Positions 1 to 8,787 of a DNA stretch of 32,000 nt are shown one piece after another (positions within the stretch are counted from its first letter, which is position 1; the number at the start of each line of letters is the position of its first letter). Position numbers and translations under genes: made by a program. The notes beneath the pieces were generated by a model. It did no database searches, was not told where the DNA came from, and saw only the letters and a list, made by a program, of their open reading frames with translations. The DNA is from Candidatus Baldrarchaeum yapensis (GTDB lineage Archaea; Asgardarchaeota; Baldrarchaeia; Baldrarchaeales; Baldrarchaeaceae): assembly GCA_016840465.1 (NCBI GenBank), contig JAEOSH010000006.1, positions 46,771-78,770 on the forward strand, in the 5' to 3' direction.

Positions 1-91
1 ACCCTGTTAGAATGTGAAATATGGGCGGAAAAGGAGAGCGGCAAGAGGGTCATTTGAGGGCGACGCGGAAGTGCTACTGGAAAAGCCTTGA
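1..91 (+). pseudogene. 3' end of a gene entering from the left edge, possibly a hot-dog-fold (MaoC/thioesterase-like) C-terminus, with an apparent +1 frameshift
   Basis: Frame 1 reads TLLECEIWAEKESGKRVI* (stop 55-57). Frame 2 continues EGDAEVLLEKP* (stop 89-91). The joined sequence resembles a typical hot-dog-fold final strand. Only about 30 codons are visible. Confidence 0.25.
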
Positions 92-187
92 TGTAAGACC
101 TATTGTATGCGTGAAAGTAATCCTCCAATGTACAAATAGTGCGAGAAATCTTGCATCACTTAGGGAATCCCTTAAAACTAAAAGTTC

Positions 188-1474
188 ATGAGAATTACTC
201 GACAGCGAAGGTGTTCCATACTCAAAGGTAGTGGTACCATGGGGGCCGGAGATTTTAGAAGTGTGGAAGAACTCCTAAAGGCACATGGCAAACCTCCTAG
301 AGAAGTATATCTCGATTGTGAGAATTCTCCTTGGGTCCCTCCCGAAGTCATTGACGCGATGCTTCCGTACTTTAATACCATCGGATATGGAAACCCCTTG
401 ATAACACATAAGGCCGGTTGGGAAGCTTATGAGGCGTATAGAAGGGCCCTCATACAAATAGCTCGCCCGATAAATGCCGATCCCCAGCAATTCATCATCA
501 CCCACAGCGGGACTGAAGCAAACAATCTCGCAATCAAGGGGTATGTTCTCGCAAACAAAGATAAGGGAAGGAAAATAGTTGTATCGGAAATAGAGCATTT
601 AAGCGTAATTTTCACAGCGGAGTACCTTAAAAACTGCGGATTTGAGGTCGTTAAGGTTCCGGTCGACGCAGAGGGTTTCATAGATCTCGAAAAACTGGCG
701 GATATTGTCGATAGAGAAACCATTCTCGTGAGTATTATGTTGGTCAATCACGAAATAGGGACAATAGAACCCCTCAGGGAGGCCGTGGAAGTAGTAAAGG
801 ACAAAAACCCTGATGTGGTCTTCCACACGGATGCTGCGGATGCGTACGGCAAAATAAAATTTGACGTGGAGAAACTTGGAGTTGATATGGTTTCACTAAG
901 CGCCCGCAAAATTTATGGGCCAAGAGGAGTAGGTGCGCTTTATGTAAGAGAGGGAATAAGGTTGGAAAAACTGATACATGGCCAAATAAGTATAGAGGAA
1001 TTATGGCCGGGGGTCGAGAACGTACCGCTGGTTATGGGTTTCGCAAAAGCAAGTGAACTTATATTCAAAGATTTTGACAGGAACGTCAGCCACATGAGAA
1101 AACTAAGGGACATGCTCATAGACGGCATATTATCATCAATCCCGTACACTTTCCTTAATGGGCCAAAGGGGGATAGAAGAGCGCCGGATAACGTTAACAT
1201 AAGCTTTCTCTACTGCGAAGGCGAGGCCATGGTGATAGAGTTAAGCACGCACGGAGTTTATGTATCCAGTGGAAGCGCGTGTGCAAGCCGAATGTTGGAA
1301 CCAAGTCACGTTCTCCTCGCCATAGGGCGAAAATTTGAAGAAGTGCACGGAAGTCTGCTGATGAAGGTGACGCCATATCACACAGTTGAAGATATAAAGT
1401 ACGTATTAGAAGTATTGCCGAAGGCGGTAGAAAGAATAAGGAGTATAAGTGCACTTAAGCCCGAAGGTGATTGA
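188..1474 (+). CDS. iscS: IscS/NifS-like class V PLP protein (cysteine desulfurase family, atypical active site); likely start ATG 239
   Basis: Motifs YLD, GNP, GTEANNLAIKG, EHLSV, HTDA, SARKIYGPRGVGALY (PLP Lys) and SSGSACAS (persulfide Cys). Directly followed by iscU. Confidence 0.9.
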   Translation: MRITRQRRCSILKGSGTMGAGDFRSVEELLKAHGKPPREVYLDCENSPWVPPEVIDAMLPYFNTIGYGNPLITHKAGWEAYEAYRRALIQIARPINADPQQFIITHSGTEANNLAIKGYVLANKDKGRKIVVSEIEHLSVIFTAEYLKNCGFEVVKVPVDAEGFIDLEKLADIVDRETILVSIMLVNHEIGTIEPLREAVEVVKDKNPDVVFHTDAADAYGKIKFDVEKLGVDMVSLSARKIYGPRGVGALYVREGIRLEKLIHGQISIEELWPGVENVPLVMGFAKASELIFKDFDRNVSHMRKLRDMLIDGILSSIPYTFLNGPKGDRRAPDNVNISFLYCEGEAMVIELSTHGVYVSSGSACASRMLEPSHVLLAIGRKFEEVHGSLLMKVTPYHTVEDIKYVLEVLPKAVERIRSISALKPEGD

Positions 1475-1990
1475 ATGCCAACGAAAAGGATCCCACTTCC
1501 CTATAGCCCAAAGGTGTTAGAATACTTCAGAAACCCCAAAAATTTGGGCCCGCTCGAAGATGCAAGCGTTGTTGCGATGGCAGGTAGTCCCGCGTGCGGC
1601 GATATGATCGCAATATACCTCAAAGTCAACGACGAAAGCGAAATCATAGAAAAAGCAACATTCGAAAGCTACGGGTGTGCAGCCAACATAGCGGCAGCGA
1701 GTGTCATGACAGAAATGATAACGGGCAAGACGCTAAAGGAAGCTTGGAATCTTACATGGAAGGACTTGTCCGATGCATTGGGCGGCCTCCCCTCTATAAA
1801 GTTTCACTGTGGAATACTCGCGGTTGGGGCTTTACGCAGAGCAATAAGAGAGTACTATAGGAAAAAGGGTAAAAATCCCGACTGGTTGCCTGAGGATCTT
1901 ACAAAAGAAGAAAAAATGGCGCTCGAGGAGGAAGAACTGGTAAAACGGTTGCAAAAACGATACGAGAGAATGCTGAAACGGGGTGAATGA
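1475..1990 (+). CDS. iscU: Fe-S cluster scaffold IscU/NifU-N with a charged C-terminal extension
   Basis: YSPKVLEYFRNPKN, ACGD, YGCA and LPSIKFHC supply the three Cys plus Asp/His. GGTGA SD lies in the end of iscS. Confidence 0.93.
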   Translation: MPTKRIPLPYSPKVLEYFRNPKNLGPLEDASVVAMAGSPACGDMIAIYLKVNDESEIIEKATFESYGCAANIAAASVMTEMITGKTLKEAWNLTWKDLSDALGGLPSIKFHCGILAVGALRRAIREYYRKKGKNPDWLPEDLTKEEKMALEEEELVKRLQKRYERMLKRGE

Positions 1991-1993
1991 CAA

Positions 1994-2266
1994 GTGGGCC
2001 TAGTGGACGAGTTTGTGAAGAATTACACGAAGAGTTGTACTGCGGAAACGACGTATACCGTTACGCTCAAGTGGGACAAGATTGATGACGCCTATCGGAG
2101 AATCTTAAGTAAGGGTAAGGTTATTTCAAAGATGCCCATGTTAACCCGCGTCGTCTACGAAGGTGTGGAGATAACGCTTTTCAGAACGGGAAAAATGGTT
2201 ATTAAAAAACTTGGTGATCGCGATATAAGGGAATTTTTGGAGAATCTTCTCTCGGATAGCGGCTGA
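1994..2266 (+). CDS. Small hypothetical protein in the isc operon
   Basis: 3-nt gap after iscU with a GGTGA SD. The EITLFRTGKMVIK pattern resembles the C-terminal domain of MoeB/ThiF proteins (by eye). Confidence 0.7.
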   Translation: MGLVDEFVKNYTKSCTAETTYTVTLKWDKIDDAYRRILSKGKVISKMPMLTRVVYEGVEITLFRTGKMVIKKLGDRDIREFLENLLSDSG

Positions 2267-2309
2267 CTTTTCAAGAAATCATTAAATTATCCGTGGCGAC
2301 TATTTCTCA

Positions 2310-3140
2310 GTGGGGAGAAGTATGTGTGACTGGTGCATTAAGCACGGAGAAGGTAAACTATGGTATTTAAACGCGAAAAACTACGCCAGAAAAATGTATC
2401 GAGAGAGAAAAAGAGCGGAACTTACCGGAAAGGTGGAATTTGATCCGCTCAAATTAATAATGGAGCAGCTTGAGAACGCACTTAAGTATTACGGCACCGA
2501 ACGCTGGCCAACCATAAAAAAGCAAATAGAAAACTTCTGCCACGCGGTGCACTTTGGCCAGGTGGTGCCACTTGAAGACCTAAAAGCGATCCTTGACATC
2601 GCATGGCCTATTGCGAGAATAACATGCGCATGTAGACGCATGGTTTATGGACTTGAAGATGAAGAGAACTTCTACTGTTTCGGGATAGGCGTCGGGATGT
2701 ATAAGTGGGAGCGCTGGCCCGAAAATTACAGAGGTGGTGTGGAGTTCATATCCCCCGATGAGGCCAAGAGGCTTGTGGAGGAGTTCAACAAAAAGGGACT
2801 TGTGCACACAATTTGGGTTTTCGGAACTCCCTACATAGGAGGAATATGCAACTGTGAATACCCCGTTTGTCTCGGAATAAGAAACCGTGTGGACTACGGG
2901 ATCAAAATATTACTAAAGGGACATTACGTAGCGGTTCTGGATCCGGAAAAGTGCAACGGTTGTAGAAGATGTGTAGCGAGATGCCAATTCGGGGCGATAA
3001 AATACTCCCCCAGCATGAATAAAGTTGTCATAGATATGAAGAAGTGCTTCGGATGCGGGTTGTGTGTCACCGCCTGTCCTCGTGGAGCAATCAGACTTGA
3101 AAGGAGAGAGAAGTTCCCAGCAATAGCGAATGACTGGTAG
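2310..3140 (+). CDS. 4Fe-4S dicluster-domain protein of unknown function; likely start ATG 2322
   Basis: N-terminal CDWCIKHG, CACR and ICNC motifs, plus a C-terminal CNGCRRCVARC / CFGCGLCVTACP ferredoxin pair. Confidence 0.85.
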   Translation: MGRSMCDWCIKHGEGKLWYLNAKNYARKMYRERKRAELTGKVEFDPLKLIMEQLENALKYYGTERWPTIKKQIENFCHAVHFGQVVPLEDLKAILDIAWPIARITCACRRMVYGLEDEENFYCFGIGVGMYKWERWPENYRGGVEFISPDEAKRLVEEFNKKGLVHTIWVFGTPYIGGICNCEYPVCLGIRNRVDYGIKILLKGHYVAVLDPEKCNGCRRCVARCQFGAIKYSPSMNKVVIDMKKCFGCGLCVTACPRGAIRLERREKFPAIANDW

Positions 3141-3380
3141 GTGAACCGGATGCCGATAAGGATAGAAGTGGACACCGAGAAATGTGGAAACGCAATGGAG
3201 TGCAAGATTTGTCTCAGAGTTTGTCCTCAGAGAGTTTTTATGATGTTCCCAAGCACCTATGAGAAGTACAAGTTATCAGAGAGGTTTTATATACGCCCGG
3301 TCCATGCAGTTGCCTGCGTGCTTTGTAATTTATGTGTGGAAAAATGTCCTAAGGGCGCAATAAGGATAATAACGCAGTAG
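3141..3380 (+). CDS. Ferredoxin family protein; likely start ATG 3150
   Basis: CGNAMECKICLRVCP and CVLCNLCVEKCP motifs. AGGTGA SD before the ATG. Confidence 0.88.
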   Translation: MNRMPIRIEVDTEKCGNAMECKICLRVCPQRVFMMFPSTYEKYKLSERFYIRPVHAVACVLCNLCVEKCPKGAIRIITQ

Positions 3381-3962
3381 GTGAGACATATGACCACAGA
3401 GGGGGAATTATACGACTATTATCTGCCGGATGAGTTATTAGCCACAATAAGGGAAAAATTCGACGTGAAAACTCTGGTGAGGGAACTTGTGGAAAAATGC
3501 AGAGGAAAAGACCCAACGGAGATCGAAAAACTGGCATCTCAAATTTTAGGCGAAAGGTTGAAGGAATCCATTAAGGCGGCGATAGAGGTGGGGGAAAAGG
3601 TACTGGACAGGACCGCAGAGTGGATTTACAAGGTGGCCCAGAAGACCGGAATAAGGTTTCCGAGTGTACCTCAAAGATTCATAGAAGCCCATTTTATGGC
3701 AGCAAGAAAAAATGATAAATATGAAATACGCGCCAGTACACCATCTTTTATGGAATTTGAAGTCAAAAGATGTGAAATTTTTGATTTGCTGAGAAAATCT
3801 CTTGGCGATGATGCAATGAGGTCAATGCCTTGTCGCTATGGATGCATATTAGCATCAAAAACGTTATTCGAAGCGCTAAAATTTGATGTAGAGATACTAA
3901 GACATTCTGAGATGTCCAAGGACGGAAAATGCAGAATAGAAATTAAGTTGAAGAGTGGTTAA
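3381..3962 (+). CDS. Hypothetical protein with an ATC-hydrolase/V4R-like Cys pattern in the C-terminal half; likely start ATG 3390
   Basis: FEVKRC...MPCRYGC...GKCRIEI pattern. AGGTGA SD. Same operon as the ferredoxins. Confidence 0.7.
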   Translation: MRHMTTEGELYDYYLPDELLATIREKFDVKTLVRELVEKCRGKDPTEIEKLASQILGERLKESIKAAIEVGEKVLDRTAEWIYKVAQKTGIRFPSVPQRFIEAHFMAARKNDKYEIRASTPSFMEFEVKRCEIFDLLRKSLGDDAMRSMPCRYGCILASKTLFEALKFDVEILRHSEMSKDGKCRIEIKLKSG

Positions 3963-3984
3963 AAAGAAAGGAGCAAATAACAAT

Positions 3985-5625
3985 TTACTCCAACTTTAGT
4001 GTCTTGTACTGCTCTATAAGTTTCATTACATCTATTTTTCCGGTTCCGGTTTTTGGAAGTGACTCAACGAATATGAATCTATCAGGTATCCACCACTTCG
4101 CGACTTTGCCCTCTTCCGACAGTTTCAGCATGAAATTCCTCATCTCATCCTCAGTTATCTTATCTTTATATTCGGGCTTCGGAACTATTACTGCAATAGG
4201 CCTTTCTCCCCATTTCTCGTGAGGTACGGGAATCACCGCTACCTCAGAAACCGCAGGATGTGTGCTTAGCAGGTCTTCTAATATCAATGGAGATATCCAT
4301 TCTCCTCCACTCTTTATCACGAACTTCAATCTTCCAACTATCTGTATGTATCCATCCTCGTCCCAGACACCAACGTCACCCGTATGCAGCCATCCGTCCT
4401 TCCATAACTCTCTCGTCTTTTCAGGGTCCTTATAATACTCGCGTGTGCACCATGGTGCCCGTACTACAATCTCTCCGACAGTCTTTCCATCTTTAGGTAC
4501 TTCTTCTCCCTTCTCATTCACAACCCTTACCTTTACTAATGGGAATGGAATTCCCGTCTTAAGTGTGACTTCAAATTTCTTATCCTCCGGCCATTCAAGC
4601 ATGTGTTCCTTATATCCGGCAATTGTGAGTGCTGGGCACGTTTCAGAGAGTCCGTATGCGGAAATTACCTTCATTCCCAGTTCTCTAGCCCGCTTGGCTA
4701 ATCCTCTTGGAAGGGCTGCACCTCCAATTATCATTTTCAGTCTTGAGAACACGTCTCTATATTCTTCGGCTTTTGGATGATAAACTAGCGCATGTAGGAT
4801 TGTTGGTACGCCATATGTATAGGTGACGCCTTCCTTTCGCATAAGCTCGAGTATTAAGTCCCATTCGTATCTACCAGGTAAAACGAACTTTACTCCCATA
4901 AAGGCCGCGGTGTATGGCATACCCCAAGAGTGTACATGGAAGAACGGTACAAGTGGCATTACTACATCTTGAGAAGTCAGATTAAATTCTCCGGGGAAGA
5001 GCGACGCAAGTCCAAGAGCCAACGAATGTAACGTTATTTGTCTGTGCGTGAAGATGACTCCCTTTGGAAGTCCCGTGGTTCCTGATGTGTAGAAGAGTGT
5101 AGCATCGGTGTTTTCATCCAAATCAGGGAATTCATAGTCAGGCGATGCTTCCTTAACAAGTGATTCATAATCATAAGCGGGTTCTAGCTTAGTTTCCGGA
5201 AACGTTCCAGTATCCGATGTAATTATAAATGCTTTCAGGCTCTTGGGAAGCATATCCTTTACTCTTTCGACTATTGGCAGGAATTCGTCCCTTATTACAA
5301 GAACATCATCCTCGGCATGCTTCATGGTATACAGGAGGTGTTCTGGGGGCAAACGCAGGTTTATGGTGTGGAGTATAGCGCCCATCATAGGAACCGCAAA
5401 GTACAACTCAAGGTACCTATGTGTGTCCCAGTCGAGTACTGCTACTTTCGTCCCTCTTTTAACCCCGATCTCCTCGAGTGCGTTTGCAAGTCTCTTTATT
5501 CTCTCGTAAAACTGGGACCAAGTATACCTAACAAGGTCTCTATATACAACCTCTTTATTTGGTGCCCGATTAATACCCCACTCGAGGAGGTTTTTTATTA
5601 TCAACTGGTAGTTGTACGCACTCAA
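3985..5625 (-). CDS. Medium/long-chain acyl-CoA ligase (AMP-forming, AlkK/FadK/DmdB-like)
   Basis: YTSGTTGLPKG AMP-binding loop, YGLSET, WLHTGD, IKSGGEWI and PKTGTGKID. Confidence 0.93.
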   Translation of the reverse strand: MSAYNYQLIIKNLLEWGINRAPNKEVVYRDLVRYTWSQFYERIKRLANALEEIGVKRGTKVAVLDWDTHRYLELYFAVPMMGAILHTINLRLPPEHLLYTMKHAEDDVLVIRDEFLPIVERVKDMLPKSLKAFIITSDTGTFPETKLEPAYDYESLVKEASPDYEFPDLDENTDATLFYTSGTTGLPKGVIFTHRQITLHSLALGLASLFPGEFNLTSQDVVMPLVPFFHVHSWGMPYTAAFMGVKFVLPGRYEWDLILELMRKEGVTYTYGVPTILHALVYHPKAEEYRDVFSRLKMIIGGAALPRGLAKRARELGMKVISAYGLSETCPALTIAGYKEHMLEWPEDKKFEVTLKTGIPFPLVKVRVVNEKGEEVPKDGKTVGEIVVRAPWCTREYYKDPEKTRELWKDGWLHTGDVGVWDEDGYIQIVGRLKFVIKSGGEWISPLILEDLLSTHPAVSEVAVIPVPHEKWGERPIAVIVPKPEYKDKITEDEMRNFMLKLSEEGKVAKWWIPDRFIFVESLPKTGTGKIDVMKLIEQYKTLKLE

Positions 5626-5674
5626 GCGAACTCCCTCACTCTGTGATTCATGACGATGTAAAGCTAATTATGAA

Positions 5675-5695
5675 TTATAAATTTTCCGGGGAAAA
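5675..5695 (-). promoter_or_regulatory. TATA-like box with an adjacent 14-bp palindrome upstream of the acyl-CoA ligase
   Basis: The minus strand reads GGAAAATTTATAA about 50-60 nt upstream of the start. TTTTCC-GG-GGAAAA lies at 5682-5695. Confidence 0.4.
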
Positions 5696-5760
5696 CATAA
5701 TATACGGATTTAGCTAACGCCATGCGATCTACAACATAATATTGTCGAAGAACTATCAAT

Positions 5761-6186
5761 CTACTGGAGGAAGTCTTTGAGCACCTCTCGTATTCTTTCT
5801 GCGTACTTCTCTCTTTCTTCAAGGCTTATCTTCTCCCTATTGACAATCTTGAGACTAACACCCCTATATCTGGGTATTACGTGGAAGTGGAAGTGAAATA
5901 CCTCCTGCCCACCACCCCTCTCATTCGTCTGGAAGAAACTCAATCCATCAGCGTTAAGAGCCTTACGCGCGGCCATTCCTATTCTTTTCGCCATTACAAT
6001 GACATATGCGAGAAGGTCATCAGGAACCTCATATATATTCTCATAATGTTGCTTTGTCACAACAAGCAGATGACCGGGTGATGCTGGTGCCATGTCCATA
6101 AATGCAACTATTTTATCGTCTTCGTAGACGAATGCAGCCTCCGCCTCTTTCCTTACTATTTTACAGAAGATGCAACCCTCCGACAA
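5761..6186 (-). CDS. HIT family (Hint-like) nucleotide hydrolase
   Basis: N-terminal CIFC, the HLLVV segment and the FHFHFHVIPR histidine triad. Confidence 0.93.
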   Translation of the reverse strand: MSEGCIFCKIVRKEAEAAFVYEDDKIVAFMDMAPASPGHLLVVTKQHYENIYEVPDDLLAYVIVMAKRIGMAARKALNADGLSFFQTNERGGGQEVFHFHFHVIPRYRGVSLKIVNREKISLEEREKYAERIREVLKDFLQ

Positions 6187-6207
6187 CTACATCACCCGCA
6201 CAAAATC

Positions 6208-7053
6208 CTAAACGTACTTAGAAAGATCCCTTAAAAACCCAACCTTTCTCACGCAACCGTGAAACGTCCATTCGTGATTCCCGTACTTCCTTTTCTCTAA
6301 TTCTGTAGCAAACTCTTCCTCTTCATCCTTTAATTCTGACTCTACAAATTCTACATTAAGCGCATCGGAAAATCCCCGTATTAATGCTTTAAGCACAGTA
6401 TCCGTGTCAACATCTACCCCTAAGTCCTTAAGCGATACTATGCTTTTCTTCAAATCGTCTAAAGTCGTCCCACTGGGGACTTTTATGACCTCATACCAAT
6501 CTTCGGGCCTGAAGCCGATAAGCAAAGTTCCGTGTTGCAACAAAGCTTTATGAAGTCTTCGCTGCGCACTTCCCGAAATTTTTCTCCCTTGCACCTTAAT
6601 ATCGCTTTGTGCTTCTCTGAAATAGCAAAGAGCATATTTCCTTGTACCACTAAAGCGTGTTCCATGAGATGCATTGATACCTAACCTTTTGAGTGCACTT
6701 ATTATTCCCCTCGTAATAAAAGTAGCAGAACCGACCACATCATTAGGCATACATGGAAAGTCTAACGGCAGAATCACACTATATGTGATTTCGAGATCCT
6801 CTGCATGTAAAAGCGCTCCTCCGCCGGTTGGTCTTCTAACGAGTTCAAAACCCTTCAATCTTATTTTTTCAATATTCACGGAATCCTCTAACTTTTGATG
6901 AAAACCTATGCTCACAGTACTCGGTCTCCACATGTAAAACCTAATGATCGGCATGTGCTTTTCTGGTTGATAGAGTAAGAGAAGGGCTTCATCGACCGCC
7001 ATGTTCCTTCGTCCCGGCATTTTGTCATGTACTATAAGCCGAGCTTTCAGCAT
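6208..7053 (-). CDS. Lipoate-protein ligase A family, LipM-like octanoyltransferase
   Basis: NMAVDEALL, RFYMWRPSTVSIG, RRPTGGGALLH, LCY (LipM-type Cys), RKISGSAQ and LQHGTL. No separate C-terminal LplB domain. Confidence 0.88.
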   Translation of the reverse strand: MLKARLIVHDKMPGRRNMAVDEALLLLYQPEKHMPIIRFYMWRPSTVSIGFHQKLEDSVNIEKIRLKGFELVRRPTGGGALLHAEDLEITYSVILPLDFPCMPNDVVGSATFITRGIISALKRLGINASHGTRFSGTRKYALCYFREAQSDIKVQGRKISGSAQRRLHKALLQHGTLLIGFRPEDWYEVIKVPSGTTLDDLKKSIVSLKDLGVDVDTDTVLKALIRGFSDALNVEFVESELKDEEEEFATELEKRKYGNHEWTFHGCVRKVGFLRDLSKYV

Positions 7054-7093
7054 CTTATCACCGTAAACTGATGCGAAAGCAATCGTCGGGAAA

Positions 7094-8485
7094 TTAAACG
7101 ATCTCGAGCAATTTTAAATCTAGATACTCATGCTGGGGATCAAAATAAGCATTGTATATCGGTGTCCTAGGTCTTGTTCCGTAAAGGAACACGTATCCGT
7201 GCCTATAAAAGACCCTTATTCCTCGATCCGCCATGTCTCTGAATATTTTCCTCGATTTAGAACTCTCATGTGCGAATGCAACTATTATATCATTCATTTT
7301 CCTGCCCTCGGATAGTATCCTCGTGCCCGCACGGACACCATCTTCCATGCCAAACGTGTGTTCGAGAGCGTCGATCGAGAACATGATGGCCACATGAGGA
7401 CTACGAACTTTCGCTCTCTCCGTAATGAACGCTCGCACAAACATCTCAACATCTTCAACATCCAAGGACATCATATTCACACGATCATAAATGCTCTTTC
7501 CGAAAATCAATTCAAGTTGACGCAATGGGAACTCCTTGTCGACATACTCGGGTGGTATGTATATTACGTCTATATTGCGTGATAGAAAACCTCTCATGTG
7601 AACCTCGGTGAGGGCGGTGAGAACACCAACCGGGACATAAGGTCCTATTTCGTAAAATAGAAAGTTCCCGTATCTGAATAGTCCTATTGCTCTATCCAAC
7701 GATAGTGATCCTGTTGTGCACCTCTCGTGCGGAATCTTCATCTTAGAAAGTACGTCTACGATCCTTTTCCCCTTTTCCTTTATTTCGCTCATACTTGGAT
7801 ATTTAAATCGTGTCAGCATCTCGAACCTTCCGCCACTAAGCGTAAACGCAACAACTGGATTGTTTATCTTAACGGATCTTAACTTTTCAATGACCATCTC
7901 GCGATACATGCGCCCATTTATTAACTCGTACGTAAGACTTACAACTCCATCAGCGAGGTAATCGAGTTTCGAACTTTTCATCCGTTCGGTTATTATAACG
8001 GTCTTGATGTTCGATTTCCTTGCAAAATCGGAAAACACGTGCATGAATTCTATCTCAGAAACCTTTATGGCATCACATATTGCATCCAGCGAGTCTATGA
8101 CTACTAAGGAGCGATCAACATGAGCAGTTCCACCGATTTTCGTATACAACCCTCTCAGAAAGTCAGGAAATGATGAAAACTCTAAAGCCTCATACATGCT
8201 ATGTGCTCGAGGGAACGGCGTGCGTACGGCATCTATGATGTTCTCGGGCGGAAGATATTCGCTTATATGAGGATATTGGCTCAATACAACGTCCGGGTCG
8301 ACTCTCGTTGAGAGATAATAACCATATCCTCTTTCAGCAAACTCTAATAGGCACTCCATCGAGAAAAGTGTCTTCCCAGATCCGGCCTTACCTTTAACAA
8401 GCAGAATATTGTTCCCCTTTACAGAAAAGAACCGTCTTATCTCCTCTGGCACCCTACTCATCTGATTCCCCATCCTTCCGACCAT
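7094..8485 (-). CDS. GvpD-type KaiC/RecA-superfamily ATPase (intact N-terminal P-loop, degenerate second domain)
   Basis: GKAGSGKT Walker A, LSTRV, VVIDSLDA Walker B, LDYLADGVV and REMVIEKLRSV. The C-terminal half begins TTGSLSLDRAIG without a Walker A. Confidence 0.85.
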   Translation of the reverse strand: MVGRMGNQMSRVPEEIRRFFSVKGNNILLVKGKAGSGKTLFSMECLLEFAERGYGYYLSTRVDPDVVLSQYPHISEYLPPENIIDAVRTPFPRAHSMYEALEFSSFPDFLRGLYTKIGGTAHVDRSLVVIDSLDAICDAIKVSEIEFMHVFSDFARKSNIKTVIITERMKSSKLDYLADGVVSLTYELINGRMYREMVIEKLRSVKINNPVVAFTLSGGRFEMLTRFKYPSMSEIKEKGKRIVDVLSKMKIPHERCTTGSLSLDRAIGLFRYGNFLFYEIGPYVPVGVLTALTEVHMRGFLSRNIDVIYIPPEYVDKEFPLRQLELIFGKSIYDRVNMMSLDVEDVEMFVRAFITERAKVRSPHVAIMFSIDALEHTFGMEDGVRAGTRILSEGRKMNDIIVAFAHESSKSRKIFRDMADRGIRVFYRHGYVFLYGTRPRTPIYNAYFDPQHEYLDLKLLEIV

Positions 8486-8787
8486 AACAGATGCGTATCG
8501 TCAAATTCTGAAACGACCCGTAAATAAATATTGTTCGTGGAAATTTAGATTTTACTGGGAGAATAATACTCTGTTGCAGAGAACGGCCAGCATTGATCCG
8601 TACCACCGAGATGTTTTAGAAAACGCCGGATCCTGACTTTTCGAAATATTAAGGCCGAGTACGGAGTTGTAATAGCAATTACGAGAGAATGTACACGAAT
8701 GAGGGAAATTTGTAAAACTGTTGTCAAGTGCATATAAATTGGGTAACAAGAAAGTGTGAATTCCCCTTGAGATAAATTAAAAAATTA

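Noticed and set aside
1474-3381. Zero-gap junctions between co-oriented genes at 3140/3141 and 3380/3381
   Set aside because: An artefact of calling the GTG within the AGGTGA SD as the start. The real ATGs are 9 nt downstream. The 1474/1475 junction is ordinary translational coupling.
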